DNA of 35,105 bases from a virus (lineage: Duplodnaviria; Caudoviricetes). The notes below the pieces were generated by a model. That model was not told where the DNA came from and did not search any database. It saw nothing but the letters and a program-made list of their open reading frames with translations. Shown here in pieces: positions 19,101 through 26,736 of the stretch (positions are counted from its first letter, which is position 1; every line of letters begins with the position of its first letter). Location: positions 1 to 35,105 of IMG/VR virus record IMGVR_UViG_3300033076_000113, one strand, 5' to 3'. The translations under genes and the position numbers were made by a program.

Positions 19101-21146
19101 GGGCGACATCTGCTTGCCCGCTTCAGCCGCAAACGGCTCGGGGCTAAGCTGGATCGTGGTGCCATTATCGTCAGCCGCCTTGGTAAGCTGCTGCATGGCC
19201 TTGCGGCCACCACCCTTCTCGACTGCACGCAGGCTATCAAGCTGAACGATGTCTTCGCCAACAGGGGTAAGCTGGATGCCACCACCTTCGACCAATACCT
19301 CATTGGTGTTCTCGGGATTAACCGTACCGGCACCAGCCAAGTCGTTAAGGGTCTTCTGCGCCGGGGGCGTGACCTTCTCAACCGTAGCCGTCTCAGCCAC
19401 AGTGGGACCTTCGACGACCTGCTGTTCACCATTGACTTCGGTAACCGTGCGGAAGGTACCCGGGGCTTCACCCATGGGCTGTTCGGTCTTGGGCTGCTCG
19501 ACCTTAGGTGCAACAGTCTCACCACGCAGGCGCTGGCCGCGTTCCAGAACGGACCCAATCGCATCGTAGGGATCGACTTCCGGGCTTTGCAGCACGATGC
19601 GCGCAGCCTGCTTCTTCTGCTCGGCGTTGAGCTTCTTGACGCCATAGCTGTCTTCGAAGTCGATCTGGTTGTCCGCGAACGTCTGCTCGATGGTCGGGAT
19701 GGTAGCCTTGACCTGCGCGCCCGTGATCTTGGGTAGCTCAAGCGGAGGCGCGGTCGGAGCCGGAGTTAGTGCAGGCTCTCCCGCTCGCGGGCCAACATCA
19801 GGAACTGATACGCTAGGAACAGGTTCTCCCAGTCCTCCAGTGACAGCTTCTCCAATGTCGGGGATACCGGCTCCGGTCGGTGCGGCTCCGAGATCAGGAG
19901 CAACGCCTGCTCCAACTCCTCCGCTGACATCCACAGTGGTACCAGTAACGGGTTCTGCATTTGCTCCTCCCTCTCCCCTAGCCACCATGTTGGCTGCGGC
20001 TTTGGTGAGCAGTTCTTCCGCCCGCTCCGAAACTGCCTCGACAGCAGTCTTCTGGTCCATACCCGGGTTAGCAGCCATGACGGCGGCAACCTCTTGGGCT
20101 GCCAGCCGCTGAAACTCCTGCTTGATCTCCGGAGCGACCGGAACACCCTCACTGGTAACGTCCCCCTTGCGGCGGAACGGCGCGGCGACAGCCTCGGTAG
20201 CACCCGTAAACACCGTACCACCAAGGGCACCAGCCAGACCGGCTTCGAGCGTTTCAAGCATGGCCTTCTTGGTGAGAGGGTCCGTGCCGCCAGCGACCTG
20301 CTCAATTACGTTCTGGAGCATTTCGGTCCCGGCTTCCTCGCCGCCCGATTTAGCAACCCGGATCGCTGCCTGCTTCAATCCAGCCTCAAGCAGTTCCTTA
20401 GCAGCAATAGCTGCGGTACCGCTCAAAATCTTCCCACCAACACCGGTTAGTACATCAAGCGCAGAGGACGCGGCAGTACCGAAAACTGCCCTGTCTATGT
20501 TGCGAATGCCTTCGGCCTGTTGGCGCTCACGGATACCGCCGTAGGTCATCGGGACATTGCCCGCACCCATAACGAGACCGGCAGCCATAGGGCTACGAGT
20601 GAGAAGCCCAGTGGCTACACCCGCACCAACAGGGAGCGCGCTCTCCGCCACTGTTTCGGCCAAAGAACCTAGGCTGCGCCCAAAACCCTGCTCTTCAAAA
20701 AAGCCACCATATTTACGTGGGCCAATTTCAGCCAACTGCTTTTCAGCCGCTGCGCGCTCAGAGGCGACCATTTCGCCGGTGAGGCCCTTGTAGGTTTCCG
20801 ATTGGGCAGCAGCCGCGCCAAGACCCTTTGCCAATGGCGCAAGATAATTTGTGCCCGGTAGCGACGAGAAGAGAGACGCCGCGACTTCCGGAGCGTCTTC
20901 AACGATCTGCGCTAGCCCCTTACGGAGATTCGGTACACCGCGCTCTACCGCGCGCCCCAATGCCGAGAAGACACCTTCGTCTTCCGGAGCAGCAGAGGTC
21001 GGGGCCGGTGCAGGAACCGCTGGGGTTTGGACCGGGGCAGCCTGTGCATGGGTCATATTAGCCCATTGCCACGCCGTGTTTGCGTCAGGGGCCGTGACGA
21101 TATATTCTGCGTCTCCGACTTTTACCCTGTACTTGGCGTCAGGCAT
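13194..21146 (-). CDS. giant polyvalent internal virion protein with GNAT-like, GHKL ATPase and HEXXH zincin-like regions
   Basis: 2650 aa; EKGGGRKAM...LTEWYKGFGF; KEVLQNSFDA, VKDNGIGM, GGFGIAK; MVHELAHHKVRSH; helical C-terminal half; last gene of the virion operon. Confidence 0.88.
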   Translation of the reverse strand: MPDAKYRVKVGDAEYIVTAPDANTAWQWANMTHAQAAPVQTPAVPAPAPTSAAPEDEGVFSALGRAVERGVPNLRKGLAQIVEDAPEVAASLFSSLPGTNYLAPLAKGLGAAAAQSETYKGLTGEMVASERAAAEKQLAEIGPRKYGGFFEEQGFGRSLGSLAETVAESALPVGAGVATGLLTRSPMAAGLVMGAGNVPMTYGGIRERQQAEGIRNIDRAVFGTAASSALDVLTGVGGKILSGTAAIAAKELLEAGLKQAAIRVAKSGGEEAGTEMLQNVIEQVAGGTDPLTKKAMLETLEAGLAGALGGTVFTGATEAVAAPFRRKGDVTSEGVPVAPEIKQEFQRLAAQEVAAVMAANPGMDQKTAVEAVSERAEELLTKAAANMVARGEGGANAEPVTGTTVDVSGGVGAGVAPDLGAAPTGAGIPDIGEAVTGGLGEPVPSVSVPDVGPRAGEPALTPAPTAPPLELPKITGAQVKATIPTIEQTFADNQIDFEDSYGVKKLNAEQKKQAARIVLQSPEVDPYDAIGSVLERGQRLRGETVAPKVEQPKTEQPMGEAPGTFRTVTEVNGEQQVVEGPTVAETATVEKVTPPAQKTLNDLAGAGTVNPENTNEVLVEGGGIQLTPVGEDIVQLDSLRAVEKGGGRKAMQQLTKAADDNGTTIQLSPEPFAAEAGKQMSPTELTEWYKGFGFQEQPDGSMVRPATQAPSITPEPQYTPQQIAENLDRFAVSEAQDRGLDPGMFREGAVDTQRGREPLPDQQILEAQGQDALDAYKAGQQWAQERVAEAQAAPTQAAAKAAPARAPEKVKAVGTKGAKAKAVKATIKRKPGKTAAEKVLNMAQAEVDAMPKEDMVEQVTPYDPEYETIRAKPGINATRMAKMLGPQLYGDPTNMGQVCIKEVLQNSFDATRTAVNEGQVQQGKIDIVVSDDGRKLTVKDNGIGMTPELLGGKFLEIAGTAKEGDKNAGGFGIAKMLFLYANKNIRVTTARDGRIAEMDVTGEQLFASLDDPNQAPDIEVRDFAGPDFMVFPDGHGTIIQLTIPEEAGDYKIKELPRWLDGVPSLELSPLFSNIAVTFQGRSYMGPEDVKVGSNFPVEDYTQFVGVKFPWGTAKVYVTRNQTAQTYGENMHILSNGLWQFSTAVKKDPSDMWGPSVPYTFYVDIVPSVKPDQPGYPFNFNRQNFTDDAKMEFGKVKKYVDAIYAYKSRAGEATSFGSIQYFQPDGQLGPMVDLTPDIPVQDTAFTRIAEGDQITVGENGELLVNGQEMPELTPDELKAGIPSASDLTVSPDLIDTNAVMVHDNTDVVINATGEKMSIPDYMRRRFGQRFDDFMRYNGDAFLTLRNEVARVMGYGSLRDEAIGVSFDPEYRGVSIRLPFSGSFINPLVPKYGDGLRAGYGIVGTMVHELAHHKVRSHNANFPAEMQDILLNLEADDQFDYDWFKTAFATTVANDYADIVQLGVELFNGKNPDITVEYRGNRFTEGSPEQASEGAGDGGTGDVRGPSGAGSTGESVLGPSFERTGSAGAGRDTGAGAQGGTEPVTDANVDQVVSAKLTKGQIKRLEEAAGIRRMKLSNMQQRIVKSRNAEEALSLSGKLMLLARGQNDDVNLLTSLFNSVPPPLLQKLLGPMMTEDVVRLAERAGMENISKIDDMIRDEYSPYINRLMQAASSVSEKWTEFASRFEEGNQALADVMYIANMYDVDPTLAASAAEYAKVDTKLIELATKLAAETDPKKKNALKGQISRRRGEIQRVYYGGEDPDTGAKVYGWNDLSDAKMGGGAGKRIFRLARDHYRNTFEEHYRLLMERIDASQFENEKAVELKSAVDEMFAKARARSIYFPLKRFGEYWVSVGKGPNSEFHLFESLGEQQDFVRKIKAEGETRAIDFSQGKDTLRNGLRSKAADASVALRNILDKIEGDNVTDVDVLKDNIFQMYLMALPEADMRRRFIHREFKTGFSTDALRTFASTAVASASQLGRLAYNYRLKNLIEASYAETAGNPSKPRLDTMTREIEMRVEGIMSPDINGWFDRFVSVNAKGTFLFFLSGVKSAAMNLTQLHIVGLPTLSAEFGEKATYGMATRYTAELLTGKRMAVPFRDEEGNVKLEFPKFTAEDSAYIRGLQETDPDRYAAMQKAWEYAKDHDVTESTFSAGADIYERADTPTGDFGAVQALRRGEVLTAAQRATGNAINAMGALFHSTERIGREIMYMSAFELAYERNLKGGMDPAAAGDAAMKQADKLTRKAMFDFTNWNKSRYSKAPVGRLALQMRSYSITMSSLLFRSFYGMLPYFNKEGKVASAKVFFGVGAMTALYGGFRATQFYALAMLGYGLMEFVKGLGDDDEDKDKEVAGGYLTDETIQKEMLKYADEKGHELSKKDMEYYIRTEWIPQMFGPNGTLASMLGVGDTAAKKLEAAADIGLPGLFNVDLSGSVSLGDLWHPVATKSDDPEVRLFEFMGRAGAGATGSMYASFLKSWKQFNAGDIDKAIETGMPAMIRNFIKAQRLRDEGLVVGADRDVMLKDPSYYTLYKTGMQSLGFGDAETSRNMQLDIAATDIEKGIAAEATQLLGQRYRAARAYYLNPTPETAKEFQEAERAIKIYNLNYPSNEITEEDKQKSYASKSADAAQREGGLGYNPKIPVRQSEAERRAAELGQ
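16520..16750 (-). CDS. candidate overprinted 76-aa ORF nested in giant gene
   Basis: GGAG 7 nt before ATG; helical-looking product; host frame is a G/A/T linker with atypical GGA/GCA/ACT codons. Confidence 0.5.
   Translation of the reverse strand: MAKTPTSPSNIAEIVLQKAAQSKHPKEQATAELATYADLAEQEAPGNPYSAHLSNVLAVLEQGGTLEQALRVARSR
19766..19960 (-). CDS. candidate overprinted 64-aa ORF nested in giant gene
   Basis: GGGAGGAGCAA-ATG strong RBS; amphipathic acidic product; host frame is a low-complexity linker with A/T-ending codons. Confidence 0.65.
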   Translation of the reverse strand: MQNPLLVPLWMSAEELEQALLLISEPHRPEPVSPTLEKLSLEDWENLFLAYQFLMLARERESLH

Positions 21147-21147
21147 G

Positions 21148-22572
21148 TTAGTCTACCCTTTGGACTGCACCTCTCGGAGGAGCACCATAGTCACTCCCAC
21201 CACTCATACCACCCCTAGCACGTTGGACGGCCCCCTGAACATAGGCATCTTCGGCTTTTTGTAGCGCGGCGTATGCGGTGGCTGCCTGCTGGGAGTTACC
21301 TCCAAACTTCTGAAGCGCCAGCTTGTAGGCGTTGTTTGCCAGACCGATGGGGTTATTGAGCGCCGCACGCAGTTCGGGAAGCTGAGCAACTGCACCTGCC
21401 GCCACCTGCCGCTCCAACTGGACAAGCTGCTTATCCGCGAATGCCGTCTGTGCGTTAGCACCAATTTGGGCTGACCGGATTTGCGCACCTACCTGCTGCT
21501 GCGTGCGCCAGTTCGCCTGCTGCTCCTCGTACATCTTGAGGAACTTCTGCTGCTTCCGGTTGAGGTCAGCTTCACGGTAGTCGCCGTACTTACCCGACAT
21601 GTTAACAGCAATGTTGGCAACCTCGCGGGCGTCCTTGTTGCTGAGACCTTCCTGCTGAGCCAGCGTCTTGATGGCATCGCGCTGCTCGGCGCGGCGCTCC
21701 TTGGCGTTTGCCAAGATACCCGGAAGGGCTTCACCAATACCGGCGCTGGCAGCTTGAAGCAGCGAACCCGGAGTGCTGGCCATTTTGGCACCGATCTGGC
21801 CAAGAGCCATCCACATGTCTTCCTTGCGGCGGGCCTTCTGCTTCTCTGGGTTGAGGACATCCTCGTAGAACGTGTTGAGCTTGTCGCTGTACTTATGCTG
21901 CTGAGGAGCCAACTGATCCATGGTACGCAGGTTGAACTTGGGGTCACGGTAGAACCCATAGATCGACTCAGGCGTCGTATCACCTTCAACCACAATCTCA
22001 TCGGTATCGACGTTTTCAAGTGGCGCGTTGGGGTCGGTGACTTCCTCACCTGCGGCAAAAGCCACAAGGCCACCACCACGGTAGCCGTCATTGAATCCGC
22101 CATTGCTGGGTTCGTCGAACATCCCGTCAGGGAGCGGGAGGTCAGAGAGACCGCCGCCCGAGGCGTAAGGGGGTACCATACCACCCGCAGCCATACCCGG
22201 TGCGGCTTGCGCTCCGGGGGCACCCATCATCGCTTCAGCAGGCGCAGGCATAGCTGCCGCTTGCGGAGTAGCACCAAGACCAGCAGGGGCACCCATCGGG
22301 GCCTGAGGCATACCTTGCGGCATCTGGGGTGCCGGGGGAGTAAACAGCTTATCAAACACTGTCTGCTGGGGGACAGCTTCTGCCTGCGCAGCATCACGCA
22401 CTTCGTCGATGAAGTTAGCCGCAGCAGTAGCCAGCAACTGGTCCATCGGGGCAGGCGCAAACCGACGAAGCGCCCCGCTCTGGAGCGCCTGCAAAATCTT
22501 CTGCTTGTTACCACCAAAGAGCTTGGCGATACGCTCCGGAGACTGGAGGCTAAAAGATTTGGCTTCTTCCAT
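21148..22572 (-). CDS. putative internal virion/ejection protein
   Basis: A/Q/G/P-rich helical protein with AxGG motifs, directly upstream of giant gene. Confidence 0.7.
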   Translation of the reverse strand: MEEAKSFSLQSPERIAKLFGGNKQKILQALQSGALRRFAPAPMDQLLATAAANFIDEVRDAAQAEAVPQQTVFDKLFTPPAPQMPQGMPQAPMGAPAGLGATPQAAAMPAPAEAMMGAPGAQAAPGMAAGGMVPPYASGGGLSDLPLPDGMFDEPSNGGFNDGYRGGGLVAFAAGEEVTDPNAPLENVDTDEIVVEGDTTPESIYGFYRDPKFNLRTMDQLAPQQHKYSDKLNTFYEDVLNPEKQKARRKEDMWMALGQIGAKMASTPGSLLQAASAGIGEALPGILANAKERRAEQRDAIKTLAQQEGLSNKDAREVANIAVNMSGKYGDYREADLNRKQQKFLKMYEEQQANWRTQQQVGAQIRSAQIGANAQTAFADKQLVQLERQVAAGAVAQLPELRAALNNPIGLANNAYKLALQKFGGNSQQAATAYAALQKAEDAYVQGAVQRARGGMSGGSDYGAPPRGAVQRVD

Positions 22573-22574
22573 TC

Positions 22575-23852
22575 TTAGGCTCCCCCAGTGAACGCTTTAT
22601 AGATGCTGGCCGCGCCAAGCCCGGTACCCAGAAGCTGCTGACCAATACCCGGAGTAGGGGCATAGGCCGTCTGGGTCGAAGACGGTGTAACAGGAACACC
22701 ACGGAGCAAGCTGCTGTACTGCTGAAGCTGCTCAAGCGGGTAGTCACGCTGACGCAGGAAGTCCTGATACGCAGTGTCCATGTACTGCTGATTGAGCGCC
22801 TGCTGCTGGGCTGCCGTCTGGGTCTGGAGACCGAACCGTGCCTGATCTGCCTGCGATTGACCAATGCCGATATTGGCCAGCGTCTGGCTCAACTGACCAG
22901 CCTGAGCAAGACCAGCGAGACCCTGCTGCGAACCAAACTGGCGCGACTGCTCTGCCATACGCTGGGCTTCCATCCCAGCCTGCTGGTTAGCTAGCGCGGC
23001 CTTAAGGGCGTTCTCAGCGTTCATACCCTGAGCTTGGAACTGGAGCGCTTGGTTGTTGACCCGAGCCTGCTGCTCGTTGGTGAGGTTGGCCATCGCAACC
23101 GAAAGCCCAGTCTGGGTGCCAAGCTGCTGGACCCCCAGCATGGCTTGGAGGTTAGCCTGCTGAGCCTGCTGCTGTGCAGCGCGATCACGCTCGAACTGAG
23201 TCTGTGCGCTCTCATAGGCTGCCTGAAGGCCACGCGACTGGATGTCACCAAGCTGCTGGCCGAGGTTACGTTCGCGCTCCATCGAGGCGAGAAGCTGACG
23301 GCTACCACCGTAAGTACCCTGACGGGCTGCGCCAAGGTCTTGGGCAACCTGACCGCGCCGCGCACTGGTAATGGCTTCGCGCATCTGGGGTTCCAGCGCC
23401 TGCTGGATAAACGGCGACATGTACTGCGCTGCCTGACGCCCGCCAAACTGCTGCGGCCCAGCCATCTGGAAGTACTGGAGGCTAGGGTTATAACCCGACT
23501 GCGCTGCCTGCATGTCCTGTGCAGCAACGTCCTGTGCCCCGACCTTGTCGTAGCTGAACGCTCCCGGTTTGTACTGGCCCGCTGCAATCGAGCGCTGGGC
23601 TACGTCAGACGCCAAACCTGAAGCCGCGCCAAACTGGCCCGGGGTCTGCATACCAAGGATATTCTGCTGGACTTGCTGCTGCGCGGGGGTGAAGCCAGCG
23701 ATACGCTCTTGCCCATATGGGGTGTAGGGCTGAGACAGCAGCGACTCAGAGCGCTGCATCAGGTTCTCAAAGTACGGGCGCGCGTACTCCGGGAGGCTAG
23801 AAGTCTCAGACTTCACATACTGCGTAGAGGTTCCGCCGCCACCGCTGCCCAT
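22575..23852 (-). CDS. putative DNA ejection/pilot protein
   Basis: Q/A-rich coiled coil; MGSGGGG start; LPEYARPY; YMSPF; GA-rich hydrophobic C-terminus. Confidence 0.7.
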   Translation of the reverse strand: MGSGGGGTSTQYVKSETSSLPEYARPYFENLMQRSESLLSQPYTPYGQERIAGFTPAQQQVQQNILGMQTPGQFGAASGLASDVAQRSIAAGQYKPGAFSYDKVGAQDVAAQDMQAAQSGYNPSLQYFQMAGPQQFGGRQAAQYMSPFIQQALEPQMREAITSARRGQVAQDLGAARQGTYGGSRQLLASMERERNLGQQLGDIQSRGLQAAYESAQTQFERDRAAQQQAQQANLQAMLGVQQLGTQTGLSVAMANLTNEQQARVNNQALQFQAQGMNAENALKAALANQQAGMEAQRMAEQSRQFGSQQGLAGLAQAGQLSQTLANIGIGQSQADQARFGLQTQTAAQQQALNQQYMDTAYQDFLRQRDYPLEQLQQYSSLLRGVPVTPSSTQTAYAPTPGIGQQLLGTGLGAASIYKAFTGGA

Positions 23853-23854
23853 AT

Positions 23855-24298
23855 TTATTCTCCTAGTCCCTCATCCCCTAGAGGGAGTTCAAATACCTGC
23901 CACATGGGACGATAACCATCGTCCTTAAAAATCTTCGCCCAACCAAGCCGGGCGCAGGACTCGATACCATCGCAACTATTGTCGCGTGCCCAACGGCGCA
24001 TGGTATCAAGCATCTGGTCCTTCCACGTGAGACCTTCCTCACCGCCAATAAAGGCCAATTCTAGATACCGCTTGCTGGGGTACTGCTTGATTGCAGTTAC
24101 TAGCGCACCCTTAATACCATTATCGTCGAACACGATCCAGAGGTCGTGATTAAAATTGAAGAGCGCATCAAGGATGTCGAGAGGCGTGTACCGTCCGTTG
24201 GTGGCGTCGGCTGCCATAGCCATAAAGTGCTCGACCCGGTCCCATGCGTCCATGACGCGGTCCGAGGGGACTAGGCTGATATGGGTCTCCCCGCTCAC
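23855..24298 (-). CDS. GNAT-like protein of the virion module
   Basis: LELAFIGG...WARDNSCDGIE..ARLGWAKI pattern. Confidence 0.65.
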   Translation of the reverse strand: MSGETHISLVPSDRVMDAWDRVEHFMAMAADATNGRYTPLDILDALFNFNHDLWIVFDDNGIKGALVTAIKQYPSKRYLELAFIGGEEGLTWKDQMLDTMRRWARDNSCDGIESCARLGWAKIFKDDGYRPMWQVFELPLGDEGLGE

Positions 24299-25791
24299 GC
24301 CAGACCCTTCCGCAACTTGGTGTCCTTACCACGCGCAGACTTCTTGCGAGCCTTATGGGCCTTATCCATAAGCGCGTAGAGTTTCTGGGCACCGCGCTTT
24401 GCGTTACCCTTACCAACACGGCGCACCGCCTCCGGTGAAAAGACGACTTCGTCACGAGCCACACGGGCGGGTTGGTCACGACCAATCCGGGCGGGGACAG
24501 AGTCGCTCACCCCATCACCCGGACCCCGGACTGGACGACCCCCCATGCGGGCGAGAAGCTCTTGCCCTGCACCACTGCTACCGTTCCCAAGCTCTGAGAC
24601 CGTGCGGGCGTCAACGACAAATGCACCATCTGCTAGTTGGACTTCGCCGCCCTTGGCGTACCCTTCGTCACCACCCATGAACGGCGTACCCACCAGCGAG
24701 TACATTGGCTGGCCCTTCTTGGCCTTCGGGTTAGGCACGTTCTGGTAGATCATCGTACCCGGCGCGGTGTTCGTACCGGGCTGCACAACCTGACCCATGA
24801 CGTTGCGGACTTCCGGAACATCGACGGCAAAGTAATCGCGCTCCTTGGACGAGCCAAGGATGTCCTGTGTGGACGGAGCAAACGTAGCCTCGCGCTTCTG
24901 CGCAACGTACGGACCTGCGTACGAGTTGTCGATCTTGCCTTCGGAAGTCTGGTATCCGGGAGTAGTAGCTGCGTTCAACGTGTTGAGGACGCCAAGACCC
25001 GCCATCGGAACTGCGGCCTTCCCCAGCATACCGGTCATATTACCTTTGGCGGTCTGAGCGAAGCCCTGACCAAACCGGGAGAGAACACCCGGGGCTTTAG
25101 TCACCGCCTGCTGCGCAGCCTGTTGTGCCGCCTGTTGTGCCACAAACTCTGGGCTACCGGCAAGCGCCGCGTCAATCGGAGGAGGTACCGGAACACCGCT
25201 AACCGGGGCAATCGGAGGAGTAGCGCCGGGGACTGGCGCACCCGGAGTTGGAACCGCTGCCTTGCTTACCGCGCCTTGGATACCACCAGCGAGTGAAGCG
25301 CCGCCATAAGCGCCTAGGCCAGCCATAAGGCCCTTTTGCAGGTCGCCTGTAACCGCAGTGGTGCCAGCGGCAGTGAGGAGGCCAGCAGTAACGGCCTTGC
25401 CACCCAGCGAGGCTACGAGGCCACCACCGGGCAGTACGAAGTTTAGGCCGACCCCGAGGAGCATCGGGAGGATTTTGCTCAGGAAGCCAGCTTCGGGGAG
25501 GCCGGTGTGGGGGTTGATCGTCAGCGAACCACCGTGCGCCATAGCCAGCCCTTGGAGGCTGTTGACCTCTTGTGGGGTCATATGGACGAGCATGGAATCG
25601 TCGCCGCGTCCATAGCTCTGAAGCTGCTGCGCCATCGGGTTCTGAAGAACCGAGAGACCGCCCTGTGCTGGAAGCCCACCAGACATGCCCGGAACCTGCT
25701 GACCAAGCACAGGCGGATTACCCGCCGGGGGTCGAACACCACCTGCTGGGGTATATGTCGGCGGGGCAGCCTGTACGTCCATCACGATCAC
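24295..25791 (-). CDS. putative internal virion protein (start may be ATG 25782)
   Basis: GRGDDSMLVHMTPQEV...TINPHTGLPEA; G/A hydrophobic region; GPGDGVSDSVPA...EVVFS C-terminal module. Confidence 0.7.
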   Translation of the reverse strand: MIVMDVQAAPPTYTPAGGVRPPAGNPPVLGQQVPGMSGGLPAQGGLSVLQNPMAQQLQSYGRGDDSMLVHMTPQEVNSLQGLAMAHGGSLTINPHTGLPEAGFLSKILPMLLGVGLNFVLPGGGLVASLGGKAVTAGLLTAAGTTAVTGDLQKGLMAGLGAYGGASLAGGIQGAVSKAAVPTPGAPVPGATPPIAPVSGVPVPPPIDAALAGSPEFVAQQAAQQAAQQAVTKAPGVLSRFGQGFAQTAKGNMTGMLGKAAVPMAGLGVLNTLNAATTPGYQTSEGKIDNSYAGPYVAQKREATFAPSTQDILGSSKERDYFAVDVPEVRNVMGQVVQPGTNTAPGTMIYQNVPNPKAKKGQPMYSLVGTPFMGGDEGYAKGGEVQLADGAFVVDARTVSELGNGSSGAGQELLARMGGRPVRGPGDGVSDSVPARIGRDQPARVARDEVVFSPEAVRRVGKGNAKRGAQKLYALMDKAHKARKKSARGKDTKLRKGLA

Positions 25792-25794
25792 TTT

Positions 25795-26736
25795 CTACCT
25801 TGTGACTACGCTTATAGCGCCAATCTGTCCAAAACCAAATACCGGAAGTGGCGCAACCCGCGTAACAGGTGGGAACTGCGCCGAGATAAACTGCGCGGAG
25901 AGCAGAACTGAAGGTGTAGCCGGGATAGCCGGGGTCACACCGGGGCTGGCAGCGACAGCCGGAAGCTGCTGGATTGATACCGTCGTAACGGACGGACGCC
26001 ACATAATTTCGATGTAGTCACCAGCCGAAAGGTCGATCATAAACGGCGTAACGGCGATCAGCGATGCAGGGATACCCGCACTCTTACGGGCGGGCATCGA
26101 GAATTGGCTGTTTGAGTTGGGTACGTCTGTACCGTTCTTGCGGAACCAGACATCGACCGTCTCGGTGGCATTTGTGTCGTTCTGGAACTGGATGCTGAAC
26201 GTGAAGAGGTAGATGCCCTCATGCTGCACGTTGATGCGCGAGCTATTCGACAGGCTGATCCCATCGGGGTAGTCTTCGACATCATAGGTAACTGCGTAGG
26301 CAGTGTAGGTGTTGGCTGCGGTCTGGTCGCTGTTGCTCTGGAACTGATTGTAGGGCGTGTTGATATGCTGCCCGTCCCCAAAGAACATATCAGCGTAGAT
26401 GTTGTTCGCCATGATGTCGTCGGAGATTTGCCGACCGTTCTTGTGGCCATATGAAATCAGCGCCTGCGTCCGGATGCCATCCGACTGTTGGTAGCTAATC
26501 GCCGCCTGCTGCGCGCTCAGATTGGTCGTGCGGACGGTAGTCGCGTCGATCTCGGTACCGCTAAAGGTACCCCCAACAAACTCATCCGCCGTGTACTTCT
26601 GGGCATGATTGGGCGTGTTGGAGTCCAACTGCGAGAAGTAGTTTTCGAGGGTGCGGATAAGCTGCCGGATGTACTGCGGGTCGTACTGTGCCGGAGGGTT
26701 CGGTAGTGGGGCAGCTTTGAACTTGTCGAGAGCCAT
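25795..26736 (-). CDS. tail-associated protein with C1q/TNF-like beta-sandwich
   Basis: GIYLFTFSIQF...VWFRKNG...DLSAGDYIEIMW. Confidence 0.65.
   Translation of the reverse strand: MALDKFKAAPLPNPPAQYDPQYIRQLIRTLENYFSQLDSNTPNHAQKYTADEFVGGTFSGTEIDATTVRTTNLSAQQAAISYQQSDGIRTQALISYGHKNGRQISDDIMANNIYADMFFGDGQHINTPYNQFQSNSDQTAANTYTAYAVTYDVEDYPDGISLSNSSRINVQHEGIYLFTFSIQFQNDTNATETVDVWFRKNGTDVPNSNSQFSMPARKSAGIPASLIAVTPFMIDLSAGDYIEIMWRPSVTTVSIQQLPAVAASPGVTPAIPATPSVLLSAQFISAQFPPVTRVAPLPVFGFGQIGAISVVTR

Noticed and set aside
20669-20902. Possible third nested ORF in an AT-richer part of the giant gene
   Set aside because: R/S-rich off-frame composition and no convincing RBS
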